Under the pieces are notes generated by a model. It had not been told where the DNA came from and did no database searches. It saw only the letters and a program-made list of their open reading frames with translations. This document shows, in pieces, positions 1-7,526 of a stretch of 64,000 bases of DNA. The position numbers and the translations under genes were made by a program. How positions within the stretch are numbered: the first letter of the stretch is position 1; the number at the start of each line of letters is the position of its first letter. The stretch is from the IMG/VR virus record IMGVR_UViG_3300026078_000017, positions 256,480 through 320,479 of that record; one strand, written 5' to 3'.

Positions 1-48
1 GGTCAAGCCACGTGTGACAGTCACGGTATACGTCTTCTTTTCGGTCAT
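1..48 (-). CDS. hypothetical protein, N-terminal part (runs off window)
   Basis: ATG at 48 with GGAG RBS and promoter at 71-98. Confidence 0.5.
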   Translation of the reverse strand, partial: MTEKKTYTVTVTRGLT

Positions 49-109
49 ATCGTCGACTCCCTATAGATTGAAGATAGCACCAAAATCCTCAGGTGCAAGG
101 GGAAAATGT

Positions 110-175
110 TTGTGCGTCCAACACCCTCGGGTTGCCAGATTCTGCAAATGAATCGGAGTGAACACTAACGCACAA
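110..175 (-). ncRNA. GU-rich stem-loop directly 3' of tRNA-Lys
   Basis: TTGTGCGT/ACGCACAA closing stem, inner GATTC/GAATC arm; mismatches read as G-U only on minus strand. Confidence 0.4.
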
Positions 176-176
176 T

Positions 177-248
177 TGGGCCATCGGGGTAACGATCCCC
201 GTTCGTCGGATTAAAAGTCCGATGCTTCACCATTAAAGCTTATAGCCC
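177..248 (-). tRNA. tRNA-Lys(UUU), atypical A8/U14 and A54/U58
   Basis: cloverleaf: GGGCTAT/ATGGCCC, GCTT/AAGC, TCGGA-CTTTTAA-TCCGA, CGGGG-ATCGTTA-CCCCG. Confidence 0.9.
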
Positions 249-586
249 TAAATCACCAAAACACCAGCATGAATCTCACCGTGACAATTAGAGCATACCA
301 AAACGCACTTGTCAAGCTCTTCTTTTACTCGTTTCCACGACAGAGCCCAATTGCCGCTTATTTGAAATTCCTTGGTTGAGGGATCGAGATGATGAAAATG
401 TAATGACTGTTTACATTTACTATACCCGCAAACAATACATGAATCACCTTTGTAAGCGAAGCACTGTCGTGCTCTTTCTTTACGCCTGGCGTTGACAAGA
501 CAGGTATTACACTGCGTTTTGGTATGGCCTGCTTTTTTACTATAGCTATATGTGCGAGTGCATTGTGAACATTGATTCATGTTCAC
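248..586 (-). CDS. HNH endonuclease (zinc-finger type)
   Basis: CxxC pairs, LHFHHLDP...CVLVCSNCHGEIH. Confidence 0.9.
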   Translation of the reverse strand: MNMNQCSQCTRTYSYSKKAGHTKTQCNTCLVNARRKERARQCFAYKGDSCIVCGYSKCKQSLHFHHLDPSTKEFQISGNWALSWKRVKEELDKCVLVCSNCHGEIHAGVLVI

Positions 587-610
587 AATTTAGATGAAGG
601 CTAGAGCAAT

Positions 611-640
611 GTCTCACTCTGCCAACTGAGCTAACGCCTC
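611..640 (-). pseudogene. isolated 5' half of a tRNA
   Basis: GAGGCGT-TA-GCTC-AGTTGGCA-GAGT-G: acceptor 5' strand plus D arm; no matching 3' half seen. Confidence 0.7.
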
Positions 641-663
641 GAAAGAAGTTAAGTTAAGACACG

Positions 664-760
664 TGGCAGTTTTGATTACCCAGGTACTGCCAGACCTTTT
701 TGACAAAGTGGCTCACAGGGGACACATTCCCACGACAAGTTATGTTGTCGTCCACCCGTC
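664..760 (-). ncRNA. putative structured ncRNA (3-way junction plus hairpin)
   Basis: GACGGGTGG/CCACTTTGTC, ACGACAA/TTGTCGT, GGGA/TCCC, TGGCAGT/ACTGCCA; promoter TTGCTT(793-788)-16-TAAAGT(771-766). Confidence 0.55.
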
Positions 761-781
761 CATCTACTTTAGCAGAAAGAA

Positions 782-841
782 GTGATGAAGCAAGTAGGAA
801 GGGACGCAGCCTGGTGCTTGCCAACCTACTCGCCTCATCAC
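782..841 (-). ncRNA. putative ncRNA, 17-bp closing stem
   Basis: GTGATGAGGCGAGTAGG/CCTACTTGCTTCATCAC; promoter TTGACC(876-871)-16-TAAAGT(854-849). Confidence 0.6.
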
Positions 842-955
842 AAAGAACACTTTATCACAAAACCCTAAAGGGTCAAGAGAAAAGATTGGCTGTTTATCCT
901 CCCCGCAGCCAAGGATCACGGGACACTTTCGTATCAACCGTGAGGAGTCTTTGTG

Positions 956-1141
956 TCAGATCGACTCGATGAAAAGCTCGATCTGATTCTGTTGTCCGGG
1001 CGTTGCCCCTGGAACTTCTGGCATCACACGACCATGCGTGTGATGCTCGCATGCTGCCGCAACCCATGCGCGACGTTCTGCGGTGTTCGGAATGAGACTG
1101 CGAAGGAAGGTCAGACCGGGGTGAACCGTTTCGTTTTCCAT
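956..1141 (-). CDS. hypothetical protein (leaderless)
   Basis: ATG 6 nt after TTGACA-16-TAGGAT. Confidence 0.6.
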   Translation of the reverse strand: MENETVHPGLTFLRSLIPNTAERRAWVAAACEHHTHGRVMPEVPGATPGQQNQIELFIESI

Positions 1142-1185
1142 TTGAATATCCTAGCAGGCTGAAGGATTTTGTCAAGAAGATTTGT

Positions 1186-1312
1186 TGTTGTTGGCTTGAA
1201 CCGGCGCACACAAGGCAAGACAAGAGTTTCACGTGTCACTCGCTCCCACGAGTAAAAACGCTAGGCTTCTGTCAGGGGAGATCCCCATATGCGCCCATTC
1301 AAACCAACAACA
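1186..1312 (-). ncRNA. putative multi-branched ncRNA
   Basis: long interrupted closing stem TGTTGTTGGTTTGAA..GGCGCA/TGCGCC..TTCAAGCCAACAACA, inner hairpins; promoter TTGACA(1346-1341)-16-TAAAGT(1324-1319). Confidence 0.7.
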
Positions 1313-1350
1313 CTCTAGACTTTAGCACCAACTTAGTTTCTGTCAAGACC

Positions 1351-1473
1351 TTTGTGACCTTACAACCCCGATTTATTCCTCGCACCCAAACACATTAAAG
1401 GCATTTGACATATTCGTCTGTCATAGCCCAACGTGTTGTCGGGACCATACGAGGCAGAATCTCAGGTCACAAA
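1351..1473 (-). ncRNA. putative multi-branched ncRNA with possible pseudoknot
   Basis: TTTGTGACCT/AGGTCACAAA, CCTCGTAT/GTGCGAGG, CCCGAC/GTTGGG, TGACA/TGTCA; promoter TTGCAT(1505-1500)-16-TATGCT(1483-1478). Confidence 0.7.
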
Positions 1474-1497
1474 AAGAAGCATAGCAGAGTTTGAGGC

Positions 1498-1914
1498 TTA
1501 TGCAACGTCTCTTTGAAAATCTGTCGAGCTTGCCTCAAGCATGCTAGGAATATTCAGGTGGACATTGTGCGGGAATCTGATACCAAGACGACCCGTAACC
1601 GGACAAGGGAAGATAATCCCAGATTGCCACATCACGAGCATTTCTTCAAGAAGTTCTGTCAGAATGGCACTGGACGCTTTTCGCATGCCAAACTTGAGTG
1701 GACACCTTGACACAATATCCGCGATGATCGGGTCAAAGTGCCATTTCGCGACAGTGGGAGAAATCCAGTCGTCAGTTTCGTACTCGACTTCAGTGGACCT
1801 GTCGCCTTTCAGTCTCACGACAAAATGGACCAAATGACCATAAAGTCGGATACAGGGACGCACAGTAACATCAGACTCACACAGGGATTCAGAGAGAGAC
1901 AGGAAAGTATTCAT
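1498..1914 (-). CDS. hypothetical protein
   Basis: 138-aa ORF, GGAG RBS. Confidence 0.65.
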   Translation of the reverse strand: MNTFLSLSESLCESDVTVRPCIRLYGHLVHFVVRLKGDRSTEVEYETDDWISPTVAKWHFDPIIADIVSRCPLKFGMRKASSAILTELLEEMLVMWQSGIIFPCPVTGRLGIRFPHNVHLNIPSMLEASSTDFQRDVA

Positions 1915-2124
1915 GTCTCCGGGCTATGCACTCACCTTGCCAAGTAAACCCCAGGGGAAAACCCTAGTGATTTCGCGGGCTGTTCTAAAATGCCTTGTGG
2001 CTCATGCCGTACACGTGGGACAAAGGGTGTGCCACGCAGAATTTTGCCCCGTGGGGATAAGGAGACGGCACGTTATTGCGCCGTCTCTATAATGCCTCAG
2101 AGGTGACTTCTGTATTCTTACACC

Positions 2125-2343
2125 CTACGACGTAAGCATGTCCGTCAAACGCTTCACAAGCTCTTGCGCTTCCGCAGGAGTGAGCGTAAGAACGTTTGCA
2201 CGGGGCGCGTGCTCCATGAGAAGCGTGACGTCGATGGTGTCCGCACGGCGAGAAAAAACAACAGAGTCCTCGCCCATGTCGACTTCCGTGATTTCCGTCT
2301 TGCCCGTGTAGTCGTTGACAGTCGTTCGTACGTGAAAGCTCAT
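2125..2343 (-). CDS. hypothetical protein
   Basis: ORF with own promoter. Confidence 0.75.
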   Translation of the reverse strand: MSFHVRTTVNDYTGKTEITEVDMGEDSVVFSRRADTIDVTLLMEHAPRANVLTLTPAEAQELVKRLTDMLTS

Positions 2344-2477
2344 ATCGTGGCTCTCTTTCTCAGTTACCTAATAATAGCACCTAACCTGAGGCATGCAAGT
2401 ACTATTTTGACAAAAGAAAATCGGGCACGGAAACCCAAAGGTCTCACATGTCCGATTGCGGCGCCTAGAAGGCTGTG

Positions 2478-2792
2478 TCAGTCATCGAAGTCGGAAAAGC
2501 TACCGTAGTCCTCGTCCGTTCCGAAACCGCAGGAAGCGAGCGCAGACTCCGCATCGCCATCCATGTCCTCACCGTAAAGGTAATCCTCGATTTCCCCTTC
2601 GGCCTCGATTTCCTCACGCTCACGACGATTCTCTTCCTCATACGCCTCATCGAAGGCAATCTCGATGGACTGCTCGAAATGATGCGTCACGCTATTTGCG
2701 GTGGAATCCGCCTCACGCCAGGCATCGGCGTCAAGCTCAAGTGCCCGAAGATACGTGGAATGGCAGCACTGAATGGTGTGATTCTCGTTCAT
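2478..2792 (-). CDS. highly acidic phage protein
   Basis: D/E-rich, C-terminal MDGDAESALASCGFGTDEDYG; own promoter and RBS. Confidence 0.8.
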   Translation of the reverse strand: MNENHTIQCCHSTYLRALELDADAWREADSTANSVTHHFEQSIEIAFDEAYEEENRREREEIEAEGEIEDYLYGEDMDGDAESALASCGFGTDEDYGSFSDFDD

Positions 2793-2880
2793 GGCATATT
2801 CTCCGTTGTTGAAGTGCCCTGCTGACAAAGAACATAATAGCAGAATGGGGTTGTCGTGCAACCCCTATTTTGCCAGATTT

Positions 2881-3120
2881 CTACCGAGCGAGTTTCTTGG
2901 CGAATGCCTTACGAGCACGCTTGTGGGCATCACGATCCGGCTTTGACATTCCGGCTTCCATACGATACCACTCGTGGACACTAAGACACTCGATCGGAAC
3001 GATGATCTCGCCCCACAAGGGCGCACACAGTCCACAGTTGTCGATGTTCGGATTCGAGTGTGCCTCACCGGGACACTTGACCGCGTGATACCTGACAGCC
3101 TTCGTGGTCGACTTCGTCAT
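2881..3120 (-). CDS. hypothetical Cys/His protein
   Basis: CPGEAH...CGLC; promoter and RBS. Confidence 0.75.
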   Translation of the reverse strand: MTKSTTKAVRYHAVKCPGEAHSNPNIDNCGLCAPLWGEIIVPIECLSVHEWYRMEAGMSKPDRDAHKRARKAFAKKLAR

Positions 3121-3176
3121 GGCGTCCGTCCTTTGTTATGAGGATACTATAGCAAAATAGAAGACACGTGCAAGGA

Positions 3177-3401
3177 TTATTTTTCGGGAAACCACGCCTG
3201 AGTGTATCCGCCACAGTCATACTCAAAGCTCGACACGCGCTTTCCTTCGTCGAAGCTTGCCAAGATCACACGATCGCCTGAATAAGTCGTCTGTGACAGT
3301 TTGCAAGCCTGTAGGTGTGCAGCTTGACGATCCGTGAAAACCGAAACCGTCGAAAGACCCTCGTAAGGAACATTGACTGCAACCATGTGTGCAAGTGCCA
3401 T
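3177..3401 (-). CDS. hypothetical protein
   Basis: promoter and RBS. Confidence 0.7.
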   Translation of the reverse strand: MALAHMVAVNVPYEGLSTVSVFTDRQAAHLQACKLSQTTYSGDRVILASFDEGKRVSSFEYDCGGYTQAWFPEK

Positions 3402-3459
3402 TTCGTCATCCGCCTTTCGATAGATTCAATATAGCAAAAACCGAGAGTATGTGCAAGAA

Positions 3460-3621
3460 TTATTTTTCCTGCACCCGGAGTTTGTTTAGTGCGGCAAAAA
3501 ACGCCACTAAGGACTCGGCAATACACCGATTGATTGCCTTTGCGTCACCTGGACCAAAGGTGTATCCGCCAGCGGACAAAATCCGCTGTAACTTTCGGTA
3601 GTTATTTGGTCGTTTTGTCAC
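3460..3621 (-). CDS. small hypothetical protein (53 aa)
   Basis: GTG just after promoter; MTKRPNNYRKLQRIL... Confidence 0.5.
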   Translation of the reverse strand: MTKRPNNYRKLQRILSAGGYTFGPGDAKAINRCIAESLVAFFAALNKLRVQEK

Positions 3622-3633
3622 CTTTACAGAATA

Positions 3634-3666
3634 GCAAAACCCACTTGACTTTCAAGTGGGTTTTGC
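3634..3666 (-). terminator. perfect 15-bp inverted repeat: terminator-like, overlaps next promoter
   Basis: GCAAAACCCACTTGA-CTT-TCAAGTGGGTTTTGC. Confidence 0.6.
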
Positions 3667-3676
3667 CAGAATGTTA

Positions 3677-3886
3677 TCAGTGGATTTCGATGCCCACACC
3701 GTAAGGCGTGAACGTTCCGCCATCGGCGAGCTTGACGGGCCGAAGAGAAACCTGACCCGTGATCAGGTTCGTGATCTTCGCAGGAAACATGCCACGAAGG
3801 TCGGGCTTGTTGTCGAGGATCTTGACCTCACGGGTCCCACAAGCGAAAAAGAACGACCGACCAATGTTGAAATTGACGATGGACAT
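3677..3886 (-). CDS. hypothetical protein
   Basis: MSIVNFNIGRSF..., GAGG RBS. Confidence 0.7.
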   Translation of the reverse strand: MSIVNFNIGRSFFFACGTREVKILDNKPDLRGMFPAKITNLITGQVSLRPVKLADGGTFTPYGVGIEIH

Positions 3887-3936
3887 TTTCGACACCCTCA
3901 CTTTCTGAATATAGTCTAGCAGGGTTTTGGTAAAGG

Positions 3937-4092
3937 TCAATGCAAAACGTTGGACAGAAGGGTAATCACACCCACGAACGCCAGCCAAGCAACCAAAACC
4001 CATCCAGCCGTCACGGTTGAGCCCGTGATCAAGAATGCAGCGAGGGTGAACAGAAACGCGAGAACGAAGGGGAGAGGATTCATGTTCTGCAT
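3937..4092 (-). CDS. small membrane protein (51 aa)
   Basis: two hydrophobic stretches. Confidence 0.55.
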   Translation of the reverse strand: MQNMNPLPFVLAFLFTLAAFLITGSTVTAGWVLVAWLAFVGVITLLSNVLH

Positions 4093-4116
4093 GATGATTT
4101 CTTTCTATGTTGGAGT

Positions 4117-4377
4117 CTAGCAGGATTCGGGTAAAAGTCGACCCAAATGCAGCAAAGGGTCAAAAAAACCTGAATCGGACATGAGTTGAAAGAAAAAGAA
4201 CGACTGAGGCGTTTGGGTTCCAACAAATGTACTTGAACCACGACACCAAATTTCACCAACATATGAATTCCACGTCAGATATTCTTGCTCTGACAAGTCA
4301 AACTCATATGCCTCTGACACCTCAGGAAGTTCGATTCTCATCGTAAGAAACCTTAGCACAGGTTTCATTGGAAGCAA
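4117..4377 (-). CDS. hypothetical protein
   Basis: ORF abutting upstream gene. Confidence 0.55.
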   Translation of the reverse strand: MLPMKPVLRFLTMRIELPEVSEAYEFDLSEQEYLTWNSYVGEIWCRGSSTFVGTQTPQSFFFFQLMSDSGFFDPLLHLGRLLPESC

Positions 4378-4379
4378 GA

Positions 4380-4643
4380 TTACTTCTTCTCACCGTATTT
4401 CTTTTCGTAGTTTCGCACGTATTCGGTCATGCTAGGACTGAGCAAGTCACAATCAGCCAGAAAGGTCAGACACCCTTCGTACTGTGTCAACTTGTCGCTG
4501 TCAAGCGTGCACTTGAATCGTGCATCCTCATGATTGCCACGGCGCAAGTGTGTCACAGCTTGCCTAAGCACTTCCGTGCCACGACCGTTGTTGACAGTAC
4601 GATTGTAGGCTTCTACCTTATCGGCCAGTTCATCGTTTGTCAT
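4380..4643 (-). CDS. hypothetical protein (leaderless)
   Basis: ATG 6 nt after TAAGAT. Confidence 0.75.
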   Translation of the reverse strand: MTNDELADKVEAYNRTVNNGRGTEVLRQAVTHLRRGNHEDARFKCTLDSDKLTQYEGCLTFLADCDLLSPSMTEYVRNYEKKYGEKK

Positions 4644-4681
4644 GTGCTTATCTTACCAGGCTTTTGACAGAATGCAAGCCC

Positions 4682-5056
4682 TTACTTCTGAGATTCGTTG
4701 TAGGTTTGCCGAAGTAGGTGCTTTGCGTAATTTACACTACTCCGCAGAGAAGTTACCCACGTTGCACCGCATTTTCCTTCCATCTTGACTATGAATTCAT
4801 GGTCATCCACGATATCACGAAGGAGTTGACGCATTGTGTCAAGCTCTTTCTTGAGCTTGACGATTTCGGTTTCTTCCTGTACGACTGGAGCGGTGTATTC
4901 CACTTCGGTCATCACGATCGACAACCCTGCATCGGACGCCAGCGCCCAGAAACACCGTGCTTCATCCGAGAAAATCCACTGTTGAGCATCGGGCTCGATG
5001 AAAAACGAAGCGATCTCACGTCCAGTGGCAATGTCTTTGACAACGGCGATTTCCAT
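4682..5056 (-). CDS. hypothetical coiled-coil protein
   Basis: MEIAVVKD..., AAGGA RBS, promoter. Confidence 0.7.
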   Translation of the reverse strand: MEIAVVKDIATGREIASFFIEPDAQQWIFSDEARCFWALASDAGLSIVMTEVEYTAPVVQEETEIVKLKKELDTMRQLLRDIVDDHEFIVKMEGKCGATWVTSLRSSVNYAKHLLRQTYNESQK

Positions 5057-5124
5057 TGTGTCCGTCCTTTGAATATAAAGAAAGCTTATCACGATTTTTC
5101 TGTCGTGCAAGCTTTCTTTTTGTA

Positions 5125-5215
5125 TGGTTGATTTCTGGAATCGAACCAGATCCGTTCCTGCGGTATGCCGGAACATGCTCCCTCTAGGACTTCCGCCCCT
5201 TACAACAAATCAACC
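5125..5215 (-). ncRNA. aberrant tRNA-like RNA
   Basis: GGTTGATT/AATCAACC-A, T arm TCTGG-TTCGATT-CCAGA; D region carries extra GNRA hairpin; anticodon loop 11 nt. Confidence 0.75.
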
Positions 5216-5232
5216 GTGACCCTAGGAACCTC

Positions 5233-5490
5233 TCAGAACGACTTTTCGATCGTCCAACCTGCCGACTTGAGGGTGATCTCGAAAGCCCGCAGAATCGAAT
5301 TCTGGTGGCGCGTGGTGGTACGCGAGCGCGTCTGACCAAAGAACCGAATCGACTTCTTGACACGATCGACGATCGCGATGTTCATGTCGTAGGAGTGAAC
5401 GTGATCGCCCTTCATCGTCAGTGCGCCACTGACGCAACCAAGGCCAGTGTTGCAGAAATCGACGAATTCGGAGTCGCGATACTTTGCCAT
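5233..5490 (-). CDS. hypothetical protein (GC-rich codons)
   Basis: MAKYRDSEF...SRTTTRHQN; AAAGAGGATATC leader. Confidence 0.8.
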   Translation of the reverse strand: MAKYRDSEFVDFCNTGLGCVSGALTMKGDHVHSYDMNIAIVDRVKKSIRFFGQTRSRTTTRHQNSILRAFEITLKSAGWTIEKSF

Positions 5491-5661
5491 TTCGATATCC
5501 TCTTTCTTTTCCGTGTCAGTCAGTGGATAGATATACTTTACCAGAAACCAAGTCAGAGTCAAGAACGATTTTGCTTTTTCTCGTGTTCCTGACGCATGGC
5601 AAGGATTTCCGACAGAGATCCGATTTTGTACTGAATCCCTGGGAAAATGCAAGAACCAAAT

Positions 5662-5856
5662 TCAGCGATTGACCATCGCATTGGCGAATTCCGTACCATC
5701 CATGCGGATCTCACGCTTGCACGCGAGCCGTGAGACTCGACGCTTCATACGGGAATTCATGACCTTTGCCTGCTTGAGCGTGCCATGACGGCAGCACGAG
5801 CACTTGAAGCCACCAGGACCACGATTGCACTTCTTGGCGGTGTCTCGGATATCCAT
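5662..5856 (-). CDS. small basic Cys protein
   Basis: GPGGFKCSCC, Arg/Lys-rich. Confidence 0.75.
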   Translation of the reverse strand: MDIRDTAKKCNRGPGGFKCSCCRHGTLKQAKVMNSRMKRRVSRLACKREIRMDGTEFANAMVNR

Positions 5857-5899
5857 GTTCTCAACCTCTGAATCTATATTAGCAGAATCAGGTAACCCG

Positions 5900-6097
5900 T
5901 CAACCGTTCTTTTTGGGATTCGGCAACCTGAGTACTTGCTTATAACCATCGCACGGACAGTGGGCACACGGACACTTTTCGTTGAAAGTGAAGTGATTAC
6001 TACGTGGGTGCCCACACTCACACCCAACAATTCCAAGCATTTCCGCTTGTTCTTGGGTGAGATCGACTCGAATCTTTTTGCTCTTTTTCGTAGCCAT
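5900..6097 (-). CDS. zinc-finger-like protein
   Basis: CECGH...H...CAHCPC. Confidence 0.7.
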   Translation of the reverse strand: MATKKSKKIRVDLTQEQAEMLGIVGCECGHPRSNHFTFNEKCPCAHCPCDGYKQVLRLPNPKKNG

Positions 6098-6099
6098 GG

Positions 6100-6495
6100 T
6101 CAATTCCCCACATGACCGCAAAAGGTCACGTCGTCATGGTTCGGTTGACACACAGCATAGCAGCGTCCAGCGGGGTCAAACTGACTCGAAAAGTCACAAA
6201 CTCCATCGCTGGTGTCGCCAAAAAGACACGACTCGCACGCAACGAAGTGATTGATTTCGATATCTTCCATGCAGAAGTGTGCAGCATTGACCGGCGAAGC
6301 GTAGGTAAGACCCACACAAGCCTGCTCACACGTACGACCATTCGACGGATAACCGGCAATGTGGCAGTCGGTCTGCATGCGCTGACAGTCCGACACGCAA
6401 GCTTCCATGGCAGTCTCGTCCGTGTAGGTCATCGCCACCGGCGCGCTACAACCAACAACCGTCGCGAGCATCACGAGCGAAAATAGAGTCTTCAT
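6100..6495 (-). CDS. Cys-rich lipoprotein
   Basis: signal peptide with lipobox VVGC, about 12 Cys. Confidence 0.75.
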   Translation of the reverse strand: MKTLFSLVMLATVVGCSAPVAMTYTDETAMEACVSDCQRMQTDCHIAGYPSNGRTCEQACVGLTYASPVNAAHFCMEDIEINHFVACESCLFGDTSDGVCDFSSQFDPAGRCYAVCQPNHDDVTFCGHVGN

Positions 6496-6555
6496 ATTGG
6501 CATCACTCACTTTCTGAGTATATCTTAGCGGAAAATCTCGATCTGTCAAACTGAT

Positions 6556-6963
6556 TTATAGCCAGTCGTGACAATTGAGCGTTTGCGCCTGAGAGACAAC
6601 ACTTGGGCAATGTTCCAAGGCATATGCCTGTAGTGCACTGTCGATTTGCGACACTGAGGCATCCTCGCACGAATTGTAGGACGAGAAGAAGCCTTCCACA
6701 CACAGAATTTCGTCTTGTGACAAGTCGACACACCCTGGAATTGCCGCATTGGCTACCGCAGTATCGTGACACTTCGTGCGATCTGCCTCGGTCGTCTCGT
6801 AACCGGGCATGGTGCAAGCAAACACAACGTCAAGCATGTTGACGCAATCGGTCGTCAGAAGCGTGTCAGGCGCCAGCAATGGCGTACTACCAGGCGCACT
6901 TGCGCAACCGCTCGCCATCGCCACACCAACCGTCAGAAGAAATGCCATCGTGATTTTCGTCAT
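6556..6963 (-). CDS. Cys-rich lipoprotein
   Basis: signal peptide with lipobox ASGC, many Cys. Confidence 0.75.
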   Translation of the reverse strand: MTKITMAFLLTVGVAMASGCASAPGSTPLLAPDTLLTTDCVNMLDVVFACTMPGYETTEADRTKCHDTAVANAAIPGCVDLSQDEILCVEGFFSSYNSCEDASVSQIDSALQAYALEHCPSVVSQAQTLNCHDWL

Positions 6964-7016
6964 GTCGCTAACCTCAGAAGACAATATAGCAGGGTGAAGG
7001 GATCGTGCAAGGGATT

Positions 7017-7160
7017 TTAGGTAGAAAGCTTCTCTTTGTACTTTTCCAGGGCTTGCAGGAATGCCGACCCGTATCCATGACGAGCGCAAGCGCTCGAAAA
7101 GTCTCGCCCCTGGATTTCGTTGGTTGTGCCATCGAACCAAAACAGGATGAAAGTGCGCAT
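7017..7160 (-). CDS. small hypothetical protein
   Basis: MRTFILFWFDGT...; GGAG RBS and promoter. Confidence 0.7.
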   Translation of the reverse strand: MRTFILFWFDGTTNEIQGRDFSSACARHGYGSAFLQALEKYKEKLST

Positions 7161-7223
7161 GGTGTCGTTTCTCCCTTTGGAATAACTAGCAGGAAAATAC
7201 TTGCGTGCAACCTGCAATATGGC

Positions 7224-7488
7224 TTGCGGGGTTTTAGGTTTCTGCTATTATGATCTTACTCCAGAAGGAGGGGAGAATGAGGGATGGGAATTTTCAGGTT
7301 GGCACGGTTAGTGCTATCGCAATCCCTAGACCATCGTACCAAACTCACTTGGCATAAAACTTTCCCAAAAAGATTTCTTGCTTCTGACGTCAAGCCTGCT
7401 AAAGTGTTGATTGTTGAAGGCGAGACGAAAGAGACGAGAAAAGAGACTCAAAAAAATCTCTTGACGAAGTTTCCGAGTCTGCTAAAGT
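7224..7488 (+). promoter_or_regulatory. stack of tandem promoters at strand-divergence point
   Basis: TTGCGG-16-TATTAT (7224), TTGCTT-16-TAAAGT (7378), TTGACG-16-TAAAGT (7461), all with TGC before -10. Confidence 0.75.
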
Positions 7489-7526
7489 AACCAAGTCCCA
7501 AACGAGAAAAGAAAGAGGATATCAAT

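Noticed and set aside
110-175. Theta/HDV-like ribozyme after tRNA-Lys
   Set aside because: I could not build the P1/P3/L3 nested pseudoknot; kept only as a hairpin.
894-1141. Frameshift extension of ORF 956-1141
   Set aside because: No slippery site, and the alternative frame is short and uninformative.
664-1473. Hammerhead, twister, HDV-like or SRP identity for the ncRNAs
   Set aside because: Partial words (CTGTGAG, CTGACAGA, GAAAC, TTCCTCGC, GGTCCC) occur, but not in the required order or pairing.
1963-2090. Possible extra structured RNA and hairpin
   Set aside because: Pairings are short and interrupted, and no matching promoter fixes the strand.
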